Below, in pieces: positions 34,611-51,932 of a DNA stretch of 64,000 bases. Both the position numbers and the translations under genes were made by a program. The first letter of the stretch is position 1. Each line of letters starts with the position of its first letter. The DNA is from Utricularia gibba (lineage: Eukaryota > Plantae > Magnoliophyta), in NCBI GenBank assembly GCA_002189035.1, contig NEEC01000002.1, positions 5,952,001 through 6,016,000 on the forward strand, written 5' to 3'. A model generated the notes under the pieces. It was not told the origin of the DNA, made no database searches, and saw nothing but the letters and a program-made list of their open reading frames with translations.

Positions 34611-35820
34611 ATGGCTTCTTCTTCTGCACTTGTCACCTCCCACATAGGCTTCCAGAAATGGCACCTTTCAATGTTTTTGGTGGGAGTGATGATCTTCCCC
34701 ACCACAACCTTGGTGAAGGCTCAAGGGTTTTACTCATGTGGTAACAGCGGCAACTACACACGAAACAGCTCCTACCAGAGCAGCCTCGAGTCCACTCTAT
34801 TACGCTTCCCTTCGGAAGTGAGGAACAATGGATTCGCCGCCGGTATCGCCGCCTCCTTCGGCGATGAATCATATGCTGTGTACGCCGCAGCGTTCTGTTG
34901 GGCGAGCTTGCAGATGGAAGCCTGTCGCAGCTGCATCCGGAACGCCACTCTGGATATTCTCCAGTACTGTAGTTTGAGCAGAGAGGCGATTATGTGGAGG
35001 GATTTTTGCACTGTTCGGTACTCCAACGAGTCGTTTTTTCCGAGCGGCAGACGTAAGTATAGCAGGGTTGTCTCAGAGCACCGCGAATGTCTCCGAGGTC
35101 GGGCTATTCAGCACGACTTTGATGCAGCAACTTGATGATCTCCGCAGCCGGGCTGCAGCAGGAGGGGCCCTGCTCAAGGTGGCTGCAAGTAGTCGCGTTC
35201 TCCCGAGCAGAAGCAGCAACCTGACAATCTACTCTTATGTGCAATGCACACCAGATCTTTCTTCTGATGTTTGTGACTTATGTCTCGGTACTGCTATCCA
35301 ACAAGTGCCGAGATACTTTACTGGTAGAGCAGGGGCGAGAGTTCTGTTCCCTAGCTGCGTGCTGCGGTATGAGATCTACCCGTTCTTCAACTTGACGAGG
35401 ATTCGAGAACTTCAAGCCTTGCTGAATTCCTCGCCGGAAGCTTCACCTTCACCTTCATCTCAGCCGTCGCCATCACCATTTCCGCCGGCGCCTCAACCAG
35501 ATTTCCCGTCGCCAACACCTTCGCCTGCACCCCAACTGGAGCTACCCCTGTCGCCGCCACCATCCTCTTCCCCAGTCGCCCGACAACCACCACCGGCGTC
35601 ACCTTCGTCGTTGCTACCGCTGCCGCCACCATCTGAAGGTCATCTGCCATCTGATTTTTGGTTAACTGGGTGTATAGACACTAACCATATGTTCGTTTGA
35701 TTCCACAGGTAGCTCCATAAGCGTAAGTATCATCGTTGCCCTTGCCGCAGCGACTGCTTCCATCCTCTTGGGCGCTTGAACAGTACTCATATTTTGAAGA
35801 AGAAGCTGGAAGAGAAGTAG
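34611..35820 (+). pseudogene. Cysteine-rich receptor-like (2x DUF26) gene with a frameshift, stops around the TM segment and no kinase domain
   Basis: Signal peptide, two C-x8-C-x2-C motifs (CWASLQMEACRSC; CTPDLSSDVCDLC) and a Pro-rich stalk. Frame break at T6 (35034-35039). Exon 2 (from 35709) reads GSSISVSIIVALAAATASILLGA*TVLIF*RRSWKRSR. TTI1 ends about 130 bp further on. Confidence 0.7.
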
Positions 35821-35953
35821 GACTCTGTGTATGTCACTGTGTTTTCTCACAAGGGTTGAATAAAAATTGAATCTTTAGTGTATCATATGTCCAAGTAAAG
35901 ACAATCATAAGACCCTTAAGAACATTTGATTGAACTTCTGGTTACAAGGGCGG

Positions 35954-38900
35954 CTATGATTCTAACAAGTACATCGTCTGGTTCTGCGAGCTGAAAACTC
36001 TGGAGTGTAATCTATGGAACACATCCTCCACGGCATTGAAATCCACATGGAACCCAAAAGTTTGCCCTCCGTACATCACATGGAGGAACTCCTTCGGGGA
36101 GGCTGCCGGCGGCAATAGCTCGGTGACCTCTGGGAACTCCGACGATGGTGGATGAGGAAACTTGGCGCCTTTTCTTGAATAGTAAACATCGGCCAAAAGA
36201 AGCCATATCATATCAGAGTCCATGGCAGCCAACCCTGCAAGTGCATTTTCACAGGCATCTCGTAGGCCCTTGACACCACTGCATGCCATTCCGACAACCA
36301 TTCCGCTAACCTTCTTGAACACCGCTAGCAGGGCGGAGGAGCTCCTGCTGTTGCTGGCCAACTCTCTGATCATTTCAAGTATGGCGATTTGGACTTTGAG
36401 GCTTGATATCTCGGATGGAGGATCTTCTGAAGCTGCGAAGCTTTTCCTGTATGGAAGCTGCAATGGGATTCTATCTTCCTTGGTGAAAGGTTTCTTGTGA
36501 AACGGAGATGAGCTCAGGAACTTCCATATGTGGGAGCCATCAGTGAGAAATCGTCGAGAGAAAAAATCGCCTCCGCAGATCCGAATAAACATGCTGATTG
36601 TGTAACAGCATTTTCTGATTGCCTGCAGAACAATTGGATACAAGAAGAATGTTCAGAGAAACCTTGAAGAAAGGAAAGAGAAGGAAATGGAGACCCCTCC
36701 TCACCCCAAGATTTTTGCTGCGGAAACAACTAATGAAGAAAGGCCAGATTTTGTTCATTGCAGGAAGAAGTCTATTCTCTGAAGCCTCATCCTCAGCCAT
36801 GCTCATGGTATCCACAAGGTTATGAAAGCGTCGTGATTCAACTGCTTCTATGATCACCTCCCTTGTTTCACTCTCCAGCTTGTAGGCTTCTTCAACTTTG
36901 GCAAGCGCGACGATTCCATCCTGGATTATTATACAATTCTTCCTTAGCTGAATGATCCACAACGAAGCAAAAAAGAGTAATGTGGAAGCTTAATAGTACC
37001 TCAATTACATCCAGAGAAGTCATGCATTCTGCAGTATCCATGGAAGCAATCAGAGGCGTTACACAAGCTAGACATGACCCTGCAATTGAGCCAACGATTC
37101 GTCTATATCTCTTGGAATCATTGAACTCAAATACAATAGATTCCCATTCCTTCTCCTCTACATCAAAACTTCTTGTGCACATTTTGCGATCCAATTGAAA
37201 TTCCGTGGTTTCCTCTGTATTCTTCTCATCGTTAGATGTCTTAGAGTAGATGCGGTTCTTGAAAAAATCTGCTTGACTCGGGAGTTTATCAGCCTCATGC
37301 TTTGTTGCTTTTGATATTTCAGCAACTGCCTAAATGGAGGAAAAAAAACAGGGAGTACCACCAAAACATGAGAAGAATCCAGAAGACGCTACAAGCATCT
37401 AAAAGCCACTGAGTACCTTCAGAAAAGGAAGAGTTAAATTGGGATGGCGATGCCTTCCAAGAATTTCTAGCTCCATAGAGCAAGCATGCAGCTGCAGAAG
37501 TTGTAGGTGAAAATCAAATTTTTAGGCATGCCTGAGTAATAGAAATATGCTTTTTTTGCCGGCCAGATTTGTTATGGCATGAATCAAAATTTGTGATGCA
37601 CACATGAATCTTTTTTAATCACAACGTACCGGCTCATCCAATAACGGCAATATCTTATCCGCCACTCCGATGTATGAGAGGATAGCAGCAAGAACATTAG
37701 GCACATGAGGATTGAGATCCAAGTTGCGCAGCTGCCTGCATATTGAATCGATTATGTAATCTGCGTTGCCTAATACCAAGTGACCCACCTGAAAGAATCC
37801 ATTTTCCATATCAAATGCTAATCACATAATGACATGCAATAAACATACTCACCGTCTGGAATTTTTGTGTAGCAGAAATAACATGTAGAGCAGTATTAGC
37901 TGCATCTTTGACTTGAAAATTGGAGCAAATAATGTTCTCAAGCAACAAATAGAGTGATGAATTCAGAAATCCACATAATGAGAATTCCTCGCCGAGGCAG
38001 ATGTTGAAGATAGCAATACCATCAATTATAATCTGTATAGCCAAGTTAAATTTCATTGTGAGCGCCTTTGCTGCATAAACAAATCAGTACTGCAGCGAAG
38101 AAAAATTTTCAGGAAGAGAAACCTGGTTCAGCATCCCGTTGTCATTGAAAAAATGCATGCTTATGTCGCAATGATCCCCAGATTGCTGGAATGAAGATGA
38201 AATTCCAAGTGGAAGATCCCAGATTTCAGGTGCTAGATACTCATGAATGATGCTGCCAATACACTCAACAATGAGACCTTTTTCATTGGTTTTTCGATTT
38301 TTCATTTGATTCCAATATTCTGGCAGTAATTCTTCTTTCCTCAAACTAGACAAGAAAGTTTCAGCAAATGTGTCGATGGATGTATCTGACAGCCCAAAAA
38401 CCATTTCATTCAAGATGCAAACAGCAGTACTAGCCTGTCTCACCAATTTCCCAGAGCCCGTTCTCTCATACCATGATTTCCAGTTTTCATCCTGCCATTG
38501 TTTCATTCGCAGCTCCTTTATTAACTCACGAAGAGGTTCTAGAAGAATGTCTATGAGAATGAGGAAGGATCCCTCTCTTCGATGGTCTGAAAACAGAGAA
38601 GACACTGTAAGCTTTTAGTTACCGAGGAGAACAAAGGGAGGTGGGGAAGAAAACTGACCTGTAAATACATAAAAACTAACTAGCCTTAAAATCCCAGCAA
38701 GATCATTATACAGTTTCTGACTGCCCATGTGAGCAAACCATGGTGGCATGCTGGGCAACTCATGCTTGTTTTTAATATGCTCCGAATGGTTATAACTTCT
38801 TTGCTTTCTAAATCCAACAAGTTCTGCATCCCCATTGCTAAAATTGGTGATGGCCTTGATTTCATTAATTGAATCCATGAATCCTGAGGAGGATGGTTTT

Positions 38901-41497
38901 CTAGTGGCATACTTATTGAGATAACCCGCAAAAGTTGAGTTCTGACTCAAACACAGAGTAAAAACATCCAAAAAACGAGTAGTATCCACCTACAAAATAG
39001 CACAAATATGTAAATACAGGAGGCAACTGGGGTGTTAAGAGATCACAATACACATTATCCCAGCTTAGTAATAAAGGAACTCAGAAAGGATATTAATTAA
39101 CCCTCACAAGACAGTGGGCATACAGGAGAGCGAGTGATGTACTCTGCAACACGTTGAGCACCAGCGAAAAATGTAACTGCAAGTAACTTCCGGACGTGTG
39201 CCAGAGCTGTTAGCTCATCATTACCCATTATTATTTGAGGAAGCTTTTCAAGTAGCCTGTGCACAACGTTTGCATGGAATCAAGATATAGTAGACCACAC
39301 AAAAAAATAAAAAGCTATGAAGGTTGACCTTCTAAAAATTTCCAAAATATCATTTTCCAGTCCTTGCTCTGCTTTCAATGAAATTTGATGTTTAACAAAC
39401 GTATGTGCATCGAAAGACACATCTTCAAAATCATCACACACCATAATAAATAAGCATTCCTACAATGGGAAACTCCTGAAACACGTCAATTCAGGGAAAA
39501 ATTATGCAGATAAGAGGGAACATATAAGAAAATTGAGCACCCAGCTTACCACAAGCAATTGTCTGGTTTGTTTCAATGCATAACAACACCTATCAAGTAG
39601 GGCCTTCACAGCTGCCAAGACCCCTATTCTTACTTTTATGCTAGGATGAATACAAAGCTGAAAATGACAAAAAGATCATATCAAATGTTGGAAAGAACTT
39701 CCAAGTTGGTTCAATGGAACTTACATGTGGAAAGGTAGCAGACAGTAGCTTGTCAACATGATCAGTGGTATTTGCTAGCCAATCAACTGTGCGACTAACA
39801 CGCAGCACTTTAGAGTTAGAATTAACTTTACCCGTATCTCCTCTTGATACAACAACGTCTCTTACCACAGATTTAGTGGCATTTGCAACTTCACTACATA
39901 GTGGGCTTTTGATGCTCAGCTGTCGAAGTTCATCCAAGACAGACGCAAGAGGCTTTTCATTTAAAGAGCTCTGAGTATGATGTATTGATTCATTTTCCAT
40001 ATCACCAAGAACTATAATGAGATACTCCGATAAACCCCTAATTGCCTGGTTCAAGGCGTCAGTGCTTCCAGCTGCCCCAGTAACCATTGTTTTTGATGCA
40101 TAAAGCACTCTTCCTAGTTGACTGACAACTCCAGGTAAATAGAAAGCTATAGAATCTGCAGTACCAATCTGCATGTTTGTATAAAAAATAAACTGGAATT
40201 ACTAAGAACAATTTAAAGCCAGATGATTCCAAACAATAACGACCGTGATGGTAGACCACCTTAGCAACAAGCACCCTAAATGCCACAAGGGCTTCTACAC
40301 GAAGTTCTGAACTGCCTCGATGACCCCGTGCAGCCTCATTATCTACAGCCTTCAATACATGCCAAGTTAGCAGTCTGAGCGTAATTCTTCACGAAGAAAC
40401 AATAAAAGATGAACAGAAAAAGTAGAATCAGATTATAAAACTTAAAATGATGGCAATTTCGTGCCTTTAGTAGAAGAGACAGCCAATGGCCAACTGCTGG
40501 AGCCGCAGGTTCTGACTGAAGAAACGCTATCAAACATTCTCCAGAAGCAGCACCATCATCCTTTCGTATCTTACCAACTGAGTATGCTCGCAATTCTTCG
40601 GCTGCAAGAAGTGGTGAACCACTTACTTTTTTGCAAGAGCATGCTTCATCTGAACATGGGCATAAGTTAAGCACCAGAGCCCGGAAACATCTAATTACTC
40701 CCATGCGAAACTCTTCGGAAGCTTCTACTGGAGATAGCATCGCTCCGCAAGCCAACTTCTTCAATATGGAAACCATCTACAGGATAACAATGACAACACA
40801 TCTTTAGGAAATCTTAGCTCCTAATGACAAATGTCTAGAGTGAATTCATGAGAGCCACAACTTCAAAGATATTTTTTGGCAGCTTTTACCTGATCAAGTG
40901 TTCCCAATCGACACTTCCTCAGAACTTCCTCCAAACAAAGGACAACACCCTCTGCCACCGAATCACTCACAGTAAGCTCAGTAACTGATTCAGAAAACTC
41001 ATTCTGGGAGGCCACCTTCTTCGACGATCTACAGTTCACTGCCCCGTCGAGGAGAAGAAGCAAGGGGAACAAGGTATAGCTGAAAATTTTTAGGAAAAGA
41101 AGATAAGACTGTACCCTTAGGATAACACAAATTCCCTGTTCATCATTCAATCATGTTAACTCAATCTAAGGGGAAAACCAAAAATTCTCAAGTGACAAAT
41201 GGCAGCAACTAGAACACAGAAAAATATAACACAAAGAAACTTCCGAAACAAGTATGAACAACTGAAAGAAATAAAGTAGCCATACTCCGAAAAAGGTTTG
41301 AGAGACTGCCACGAAGATCGCCGAAGTAGGGCTAGATATTGAGAAAGAAAGGAATGATCCATATTCGGATTGCCAACTAGCTCCAGCATCATTATACAGT
41401 ACTGTTTCAGCTCCGAAAGCATACTGCTTTCAAGAAAATACTCTTCTCTACTTGAAATTTTAGTTGATTTTCCAGCAAAAACATTCCTTTCATCCAT
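35954..41497 (-). CDS. TTI1: TELO2-interacting protein 1 homolog (TTT complex, ARM/HEAT repeats), multi-exon
   Basis: ELKQYCIMMLEL...LKPFSE|YTLFPLLLLLD, EEFRMGVIRCFRAL, AVGHWLSLLLK, AFYLPGVVSQ...GAAGS and NADYIIDSICRQLR match plant TTI1 (At1g79190-like). Start inferred at MDERNVF (41497). Confidence 0.85.
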
Positions 41498-41573
41498 CCC
41501 AGCATAAGAAGAATAACTAGCAAAGCGTCCAGCGAAGAAGAGAGGCACAATGTTTTCCCGCTTCTAATTCTAG

Positions 41574-44126
<2,553 letters not shown>

Positions 44127-44229
44127 ACTTGATGCTCTTCATTCAGTTCAGTTTTCCCTACATTTTTCTTCTCCTGTTTTTGGTAATAGCTCTGTGCCTG
44201 TTCTGTATGCTTCTCTTTTAACACTCCGC

Positions 44230-44430
44230 GCGGTGGTCCAAATTGGGCTTCAAGCAGCCCGTGAAGAGTTTCCCGCGTGACACACAACCAGTATGCGGAC
44301 GATACTTTAATCCGAGACAAGTGGGAAGGCCTGAATATCATCAACATCACCCGAATCCTCCACTGTTTCTACCAGGTGTCGGGACTGAAGAGAAATCTGG
44401 GGAAGTCCTCACAAATCAAGGTTAAAAATC
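44230..44430 (+). mobile_element. LINE (non-LTR) reverse transcriptase fragment
   Basis: One frame reads VTHNQYADDTLIRDKWEGLNIINITRILHCFYQVSGLKRNLGKS (YADD at 44292-44303), matching plant L1 RT domains 5-6 (SHLQYADDTLIF...LxCFxxxSGLKINxxKS). Not in the ORF track because it lacks a start codon. Confidence 0.75.
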
Positions 44431-45807
44431 ATAAGTACCTATGTTTTTTAAGATAAGATTAACGACGGGTCATTCGCCCTCTCCCTATCGGTCGAGCACT
44501 TTCCAACCTCTCCCTATCGCCTACGGACCGGCCTACGGCACCGCAGAGAGAGACTCAATCCGCTCTTTCGAAAAGCCAGGAAGCGGGAGTCATAGAAGAT
44601 CCGGCCCAATGTTTAAAGTCCCAAAACGTTCAAAACAACGGTCTAGCCCATTTAATTCCATGTTTATTTTAATTAAATTACAAAAGGAAAATTTTAAGAA
44701 GGGTATCATATTCCACATTCGTTTTATATAATATTATTTATTTGGATATTTAGTTTGTATGATTTTATATTATTTTATTTTGAAAAAAAATGTATAAAAA
44801 TTTCAAATATCATTCTATTTATGCATATTGCTTTTTATATTCATAATCAATGTGATATATTATCACTAGTAAATTAAACTTATAAAGACAATCTACAATC
44901 GAGAAACATGAAATTGTAGGGAATATAAATATTGAATAAAATTTTTATTAATAAATATGAGAGATTTTTTATAATTCTACAATATTTTTAAAAAATTGAA
45001 AGACAAAGGTTTTATCTCGTTCTAATTCTCAAAAAAAAAAAATACAATACTAATCTCTACAATTTCTTATCTTAAGAAACAATTTTAAGACGATGATCTG
45101 TTTAGAGTAAATCATTCGCATTTATTAATAAAACGAATTCTAATCCGTTTTTTAAGAAGCAAAAATTGTTGCAAACAAAAATTCCCAAATAAGTGATTTT
45201 AGATACACGTAACAAATATATATTTACTATTCTACCATTTAGTTAATCAATTAATAAATAGATACTACAAGTACCATAAACATACAATCCAATTGAATTT
45301 ATTATACATAACACATACTGCGAATATATATGTAAAATAATATTATATTTGATATACGTTAACAAACAAAATTATACTTCATGTAGAAGGCCATCTGAGG
45401 CCGGACCCGACACCCATATTCGGGTCGGGTCGGGTGTGAATGTTGCTATTTTTTTAATATGATTATTTTGTTGACCAATAAATGGGGCATTAAAGAAACA
45501 TAATACGCGTAAGGTGAAGGGGGGGGGGGGCATTGATTGGACCCTACGCCTAGACGCTGCCATTTAATCCGCAGCTGTCCTTTTTGCGTATTCATGATCG
45601 ACGGCCCCAGTTCAACACCCCCCCTGCGATTCAACTCTGCATTTAATTACTCAAATAATATGCATCATTAAGTGCCTAATTAATTACTCCCGCCTTTAAC
45701 TACCCATGTAATGCACCAAATGAATACCCCCTTTCCTGTCCCCCTCTATAAATACCCCTCCCGCGGCGCCTCCAAATTCTCTTTTCTGTCGAATTCGGTT
45801 CTGTTTC

Positions 45808-46726
45808 ATGGCGGCGGTGATGAACGGCGGAGACTCGGTGGAGGCCGGGAAGCCGACGGCCCTGACTACGCGAGACTTGCTCGGCGGATGCTGTGCCCTA
45901 GACTCCAAGGAGCTCGACCTTGATTCCAAGGTCCCTGCCGGCTGGGAGAAACGCCTCGACTTGAAAGTACGATTGTTGTTTCTTTTTCTTTGCATCGTGA
46001 TCATCGATCGGTGTTTGAGGAGCGAAACTGAAAGGCGATTTGGGTGGTGATTTTGGGTAGTCGTACGTAATTTTGCATTTGCGGTGGGGTGGGAAGGTAA
46101 AAAATAAACAGCGAGGGGGTTGGTGGAAATTTGTTAAAGATGTGTGTTTGAATTAATTATGTGGTAACGCTTGGAAATTATTGCAGTCGGGAAGGGTTTA
46201 CATCCAGAGACGGGAGGTGTGCAACTCCTCGACCTCAGGTTCCGACACCACAGGCGACCACCGTTCATCTCCAGCGAGGTATTTCCAGGACTTGAACTTC
46301 CCATCGGAGGCGAAGTCCACCGTCTTGGACGACGGCGCGTTGGACTTGAAGCTCTTCTCCGCAACACCGCTGGTTGCCGTTCGCGGCGCGTCCTCGAGCG
46401 TGTGCACACTCGACAAGGTGAAGTCGGCTCTGGAGATAGCGGAGAGAGGAACCGCCTGGAGAAAGCGATCGCTTTCGATGTCGGTTTCCAAGTCATCCTC
46501 GACCTCTTCCTCCTCCGTGAAGGACACCGGCAGCGATATCGATCAGGAGGAGAAGTCAGGGTCGGCATCCGCTACGCCAACCTTCGCCGCCGGCTGCCCA
46601 AGCTGTCTTCTCTACGTCTTGGTTTCCCGGAGCAATCCCAAATGTCCGCGCTGCAACTGCGACATCCGGATGCCGCACCAGTCCGCCGGCAAAAAGCCAC
46701 GGATTGATCTCAACATGTCCATCTGA
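45808..46726 (+). CDS. Small WW-like / EAR-motif / C-terminal CxxC...CxxC protein (CFL1/GIR1-related, At1g16500/At1g79160-like)
   Basis: Exons 45808-45966 and 46187-46726; TRDLLGG, VPAGWEKRLDLK|SGRVYIQ, LDLKL, GCPSCLLYVLVSRSNPKCPRC and IDLNMSI; TATAAATA near 45747. Confidence 0.8.
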
Positions 46727-49700
46727 AAAGTCTCCCCGGCTCATGGACGACGCTAAATTTACTGCTACTGTTATTATTTATTTTGTAGATACTGCAAAAC
46801 GGAAACATAATTTTACAGATTTGGTACATAAAAAATTGCACTCATTTTCTTAAATTTCATGTGGTAGGTATTTTTATTGAAAATATATTCAAAATATTAT
46901 TAAATTTAACCCATGTAAAAATATTATCCTATGTTTATCTTGTAAGATATTGTTTGTTTTAACATATAATCTTTATTATTTTACGTTTTTTCTCATATTT
47001 GATTAGGAATTATCAAAGTGATCACCCATCCAGAAGTAAAATCATGGGACAAATATGCTTAATTTTAAAGTTAACACCAAAGATCCTCTTTCGTACAAAG
47101 TGAAAAAGTTTTTTTATAAGGTTTGTGTAATGATTCTACCTAATATCTTACTCTCTAAAGTTCATAACCGATATTTAATTCACTTAAATAGTGTTTTAGA
47201 ATATTTATCCGTACTATTTCTATTTTTCAAAAATATAAAAATAGAAGTATAAATAATTTATAAAAGTAAGAATCTTATTACTTTTAATTTTTAATGTTTA
47301 TATAATTTGATTTTAAAAATATTTTTACTATAATTAAAAATAGAAATTGATTGTATTGAGTGCATAAATTATTTTTGTTAGTTCAAAATTAGAAATAATC
47401 AGTATAAATATTCTGGAACACTACTTTAAAGTTTTTGTGACACCTTTCTTGGGCGGAGCCACTCATTTGATAAACATTATTATAATTATTATATAATGAA
47501 AAACACAATTTTCGAAATTCTATGTCTGATTAAACCCAAATTAAATTTTTTGGTAATAATTTACATCTAAAAATGGTAGGTATTTAAAGTAGTCAAAAAC
47601 GGGAGCCATCTAATGACGAGGGTCTATGTGTCTTAGGCTTTCGGTTACTACCAAAAAAAGAAATAATAATGGTGGGTCTCTTCTCTTAGTTTCAAGGGAC
47701 AGGTATCAGGTATATATCAATGTCATACCAAACGTGGCGTTGGGGAAAATAAAATAATGCATATGTTTAATTAATATTAAACTAATACATTATTCAAATT
47801 AAAATTAAATAAATAAAACCGAAAAATGCAGAGGGGTACGAATGATTATTGAAAGCGCCCTTTCTTTCTGAGAAATCGTCTTATAACTAAGTAGTTGATT
47901 TAATGTTTAATAATGTCACATTGACAAATAAAATTTTAAAAAATAGTGATGCAAATAATTGCTACCCAACACGTGGGCAATTCACTCATTGAACATTGAC
48001 TTGGTCTATTGGGGCTTATTTCCGGTATTGGAGTAGAAAAATTCCACTGATACGCACTTGATAAAGTTAGGATAAAAATCGAAAATGAGATTATTATTAT
48101 ATATATATATTACTAACTGATCATTTTTTAATATAAATTTTATTTCAATATGTTAAAAAAAATGCTTGAATTAGAAGAGATGTAAAACTCATTTTTTCTG
48201 TTTTTCTACAATTTATGTACTAAATATGTTCGATATATCAATAACAATTTTACGCATGTGAACAAATTATGTCATTATCGCTAACTATTTGGAATTAAAA
48301 AAATCCATTTAAAATTACATATATTTCAAATATATATGAATAAAAAAAATTTACAGCTGGATAATAATGAGAAGGGAAGTTAATGTGATGTTTATGATTT
48401 TGTTTTCTTAGAGTCAGGAAATTCAAAAACTGTCTACCAGCTAGTAAAAAAAATTAATCGCCATTAAACAGAGCAATAAGTAAAAGGCGCGGTTGTCAAA
48501 CTTTAATTATGCTGGAAAACGGCATGCCAATCGTAGAGATTAGCGTTAATTAATGACCTAATCCGCTCAATAATGTACATTTAATGCCATATAATTTCTT
48601 AGGCACTGTTTTTCTTTTCTTTTCAAATTTTACTCTCAGTTTTAACTACTACCATTTGTTGGGATTAAGAATTTTTTCTATCAAATGCATTATTTAACAA
48701 TTTCTTAAAATTAGTATCTATTTTTTAACATAAATTAAGTATCTAGTAATTACTTGAAAAAATCTCCAAAGTTTTACGTATCTAATATAATTAATTCATA
48801 AAATTTCACGTATTAAGTATAATTAATTCTCAATATTGTATATGTTAAATGCTTTTTTTACGATTTTTAGTTGAATAATAATTTGACTTGGTTTATACAA
48901 AAATTGAGGACTATTAATAATATAATCCAAAGCGTTTCACTCTTTCATCATCTTTTAATTGATTTATTATTTTTGTATATTTTTAAATTGAAAATAATAG
49001 GAATTGAAGATCCTACGATGGATCACGGCGAACTCCATTCAGGTAGGCCCCACTTCAACGACCGACCAATGAACAGGTTGATTTTGATTTGTGGACTAAT
49101 TCATAATAATTATTAATTATTCTAATAAAATTATTATTGGATTTTAATTTATTATTGATGGGGAAGTTGAGAAAGGGACGGGGCGAGAAATGATTCATGT
49201 ACCAGTGCCTCTAAATGCGTACTGTAGATAAAGGCGTTTGGGAGAAGTTATGAATGGCGTGCACAGTAGCCACCTACTCCCATTTATTTATATGGAGTAA
49301 TTGCATATGCACCCCTCATAAATCCGGTATTTCGCATTTACTCCACACCTAACCTACCCTCAAATCTACACCGTCCTTTATTCCCCTTTCAATTTCACAC
49401 CTACCCTTTGAATCACTGCACAGCATTAAGTAATCTTTTAATTTCCTTTCAAATTAAACCATGAATGGGAGAATGTGCCTTCAATTTAACTAAAACAGAA
49501 TAATTTTTAAAATATAATTATAATTGTTGAATTAATGCAACTCAAAATAATAAATAATTTAACTCAATTTATATCATGAATAATTTACTATTAAAACAAT
49601 TGAAAAAATTTAGGACTTTTGAATAAGTATACATATTCAATTTGTAAGATATTATTCATTTTATTCATTCAATTTTTATGATATTATTTCTTACAATTTT

Positions 49701-51932
49701 AGAAAAAATGTATCGTATAAAATTAAGAAATTCACTCTATTTAATCATGTTATCTTCCACACCCATAACTAATATGTGATATGTTACCACACCCTTTGCC
49801 TTATATTTAAACTCTAAAACTAAAATTTAATGAAAATAAAAAAAATAAAGTAATATATTTGAAAATAGAATTACATGATATTGGCTCAATTCATTCAAAA
49901 ACTTCAAATTTCAATCCAAATTAATTTGATTCAAAATATATGGAAAAGCCACAATCTACCCAAATGTTTAAAACGTCGCTGGTGTATATTATATATCAAC
50001 TAACTTGTATAATATTATTAGTTTTAGATATATGAATTTTATGGTTATACATTATATAGTTCTAGAAATTATATCACTATATTTAATCATACTCAATTCT
50101 TATCTGTAACCAATATAATTTAATAGATCAAAATCGAGTTTGATCAATTTATATCATATTGCGAAAGGAACTAATATTCGCTAAAGCGTATCATGTCGCC
50201 ATATAAAAAGCATTGTTATGTCACTTGTAAATTAGGCCAACAATAGCAGGTTTTTTTTTGAAAAAATGAATATCTTGTATTTATTTATTACGCATTTAAC
50301 ATTGAAAATTACGTATAATGTCCATTTTTGTTAGTCACCCAGCAACAGCAATGCACGAGGTAATAAATTAACCTAATAAAACACGTGCAAATACCTAACT
50401 AAGATGTATATTTTACTGATAATTTATCAAACACCTGGGCTTTTGTCGAGACCTGCAACAGATTTCCTATTTCAATTTTTAAATTCCGTCAACTGCTTTT
50501 CCCACGATGTTCAACTCGAGTCAGCCGCCAACTCCACTCACTCGGGCCTCGAATCTTGTTACTTCAAACCCCGCCACCTTTAATCCGACAGAGCTTCGTT
50601 CGATGGTTGGAGAATCCAAAACTGGGTTCAGAAGCTTCTGATTCATGGCGGGTGTTGAGGAATCTGATCTGTGTAGTTGTTGAAGATGGAAGGGATGGAG
50701 AGCACGGAGGGGTTGTTTTGTCAGGAGCACGTAAATGCACGACGGTGAAAGGGCGGGCGGAGGGGGCCATGCAGCACAAAACAAATGAAAGAGGAGAATT
50801 ATGCTATGTTCAGATTTTTTTTTTTTTTTTTTTTTTTTTTACTGTCGAGAAGAAGAAGAAGAGGGAGGGAGGGCAGTCCCGGCAGCGTGACAGAGTTCCA
50901 ATAATGCGCCTTCGATTTGATTTCATTTCAACTGTGGCCGGGCGGGTGGGTCGAGTAAAAGCCCTGAGCTGAATTTATTGCCACTTTCAATAACCTGACG
51001 GGATGTTTGCCCTCGGTAACTTTGGTTTTCACCGTCCTATTGGCACTTCCCGGAAAGTGCCACTTCGATTGGGCTTTTGTTTTACAGGAGACCACACACA
51101 CCCTTCTTTTTTCTTGCTTTTGTGTGTGCATTTCAGAACAGGGACAATGAGGGAGACTCCGGAATAAGTTAGCCACCATGTTGGATTTTAAAGGAGTGAA
51201 CTTTTGATCTGTGTGGGACAAAAACCGGTGCTTGAAGTAACTTTTTCTGAATCAGAAGAGTTAACTTTCAGAAGAAGACGGATGGGTTTCAAAACAGGAA
51301 AAATATTGCTTGGTGGGTCAAGATTTCCAGGCAGCACACAGATACCCACCCACCCACCATTTATCTGTCATTTTGGAGCTTCTTCTGTTAACGAAAAAGC
51401 GCATTTCCTGTCATGGCAGAGAGCCACTGATCCCTCTCCCTTGGTGAGAGCTCACAACCCTCACACCCAGAAATTTACAGTTTTCACGTCTTCGGAATGG
51501 AATGCCTCCCAGATGATGATCACCCCTTTGCGGGAAGCAGACATCCACACCATTTTACCCGGTGACCATCATGCATCAAGTTGCATTTCAGAATTGTAGG
51601 CGACATGACATGAATAACAGAGGTGTGGGGTGGGGTGGGTTAAAATAATAATGCTGCCGAGAAAAGGAAACTTGAGTAGACAGCAGTTTTAAATGGAATC
51701 ATTGCACTTGAATGCACGCATGTGGATAAGTAGGTGTCGATGCTACCCATCGTTTCTTGATTTCAATCCACTGTCGCCATGTAGGGCTGTGAATTCTGAT
51801 CCTCCACATTTAAGAAATCCATCCCTTTTCTGTGTGGCACAAGCACAAGCACAAGCAAAGCAGCCACTCTCTTGTAGTGGCCTCTCTGCTTTGGCCATGG
51901 GGTTGGGGTGTATTACAAATTTGAAATCATTC

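Noticed and set aside
45399-45436. ACCCGAC...GTCGGGT hairpin
   Set aside because: Common short plant repeat motif with no element boundaries found.
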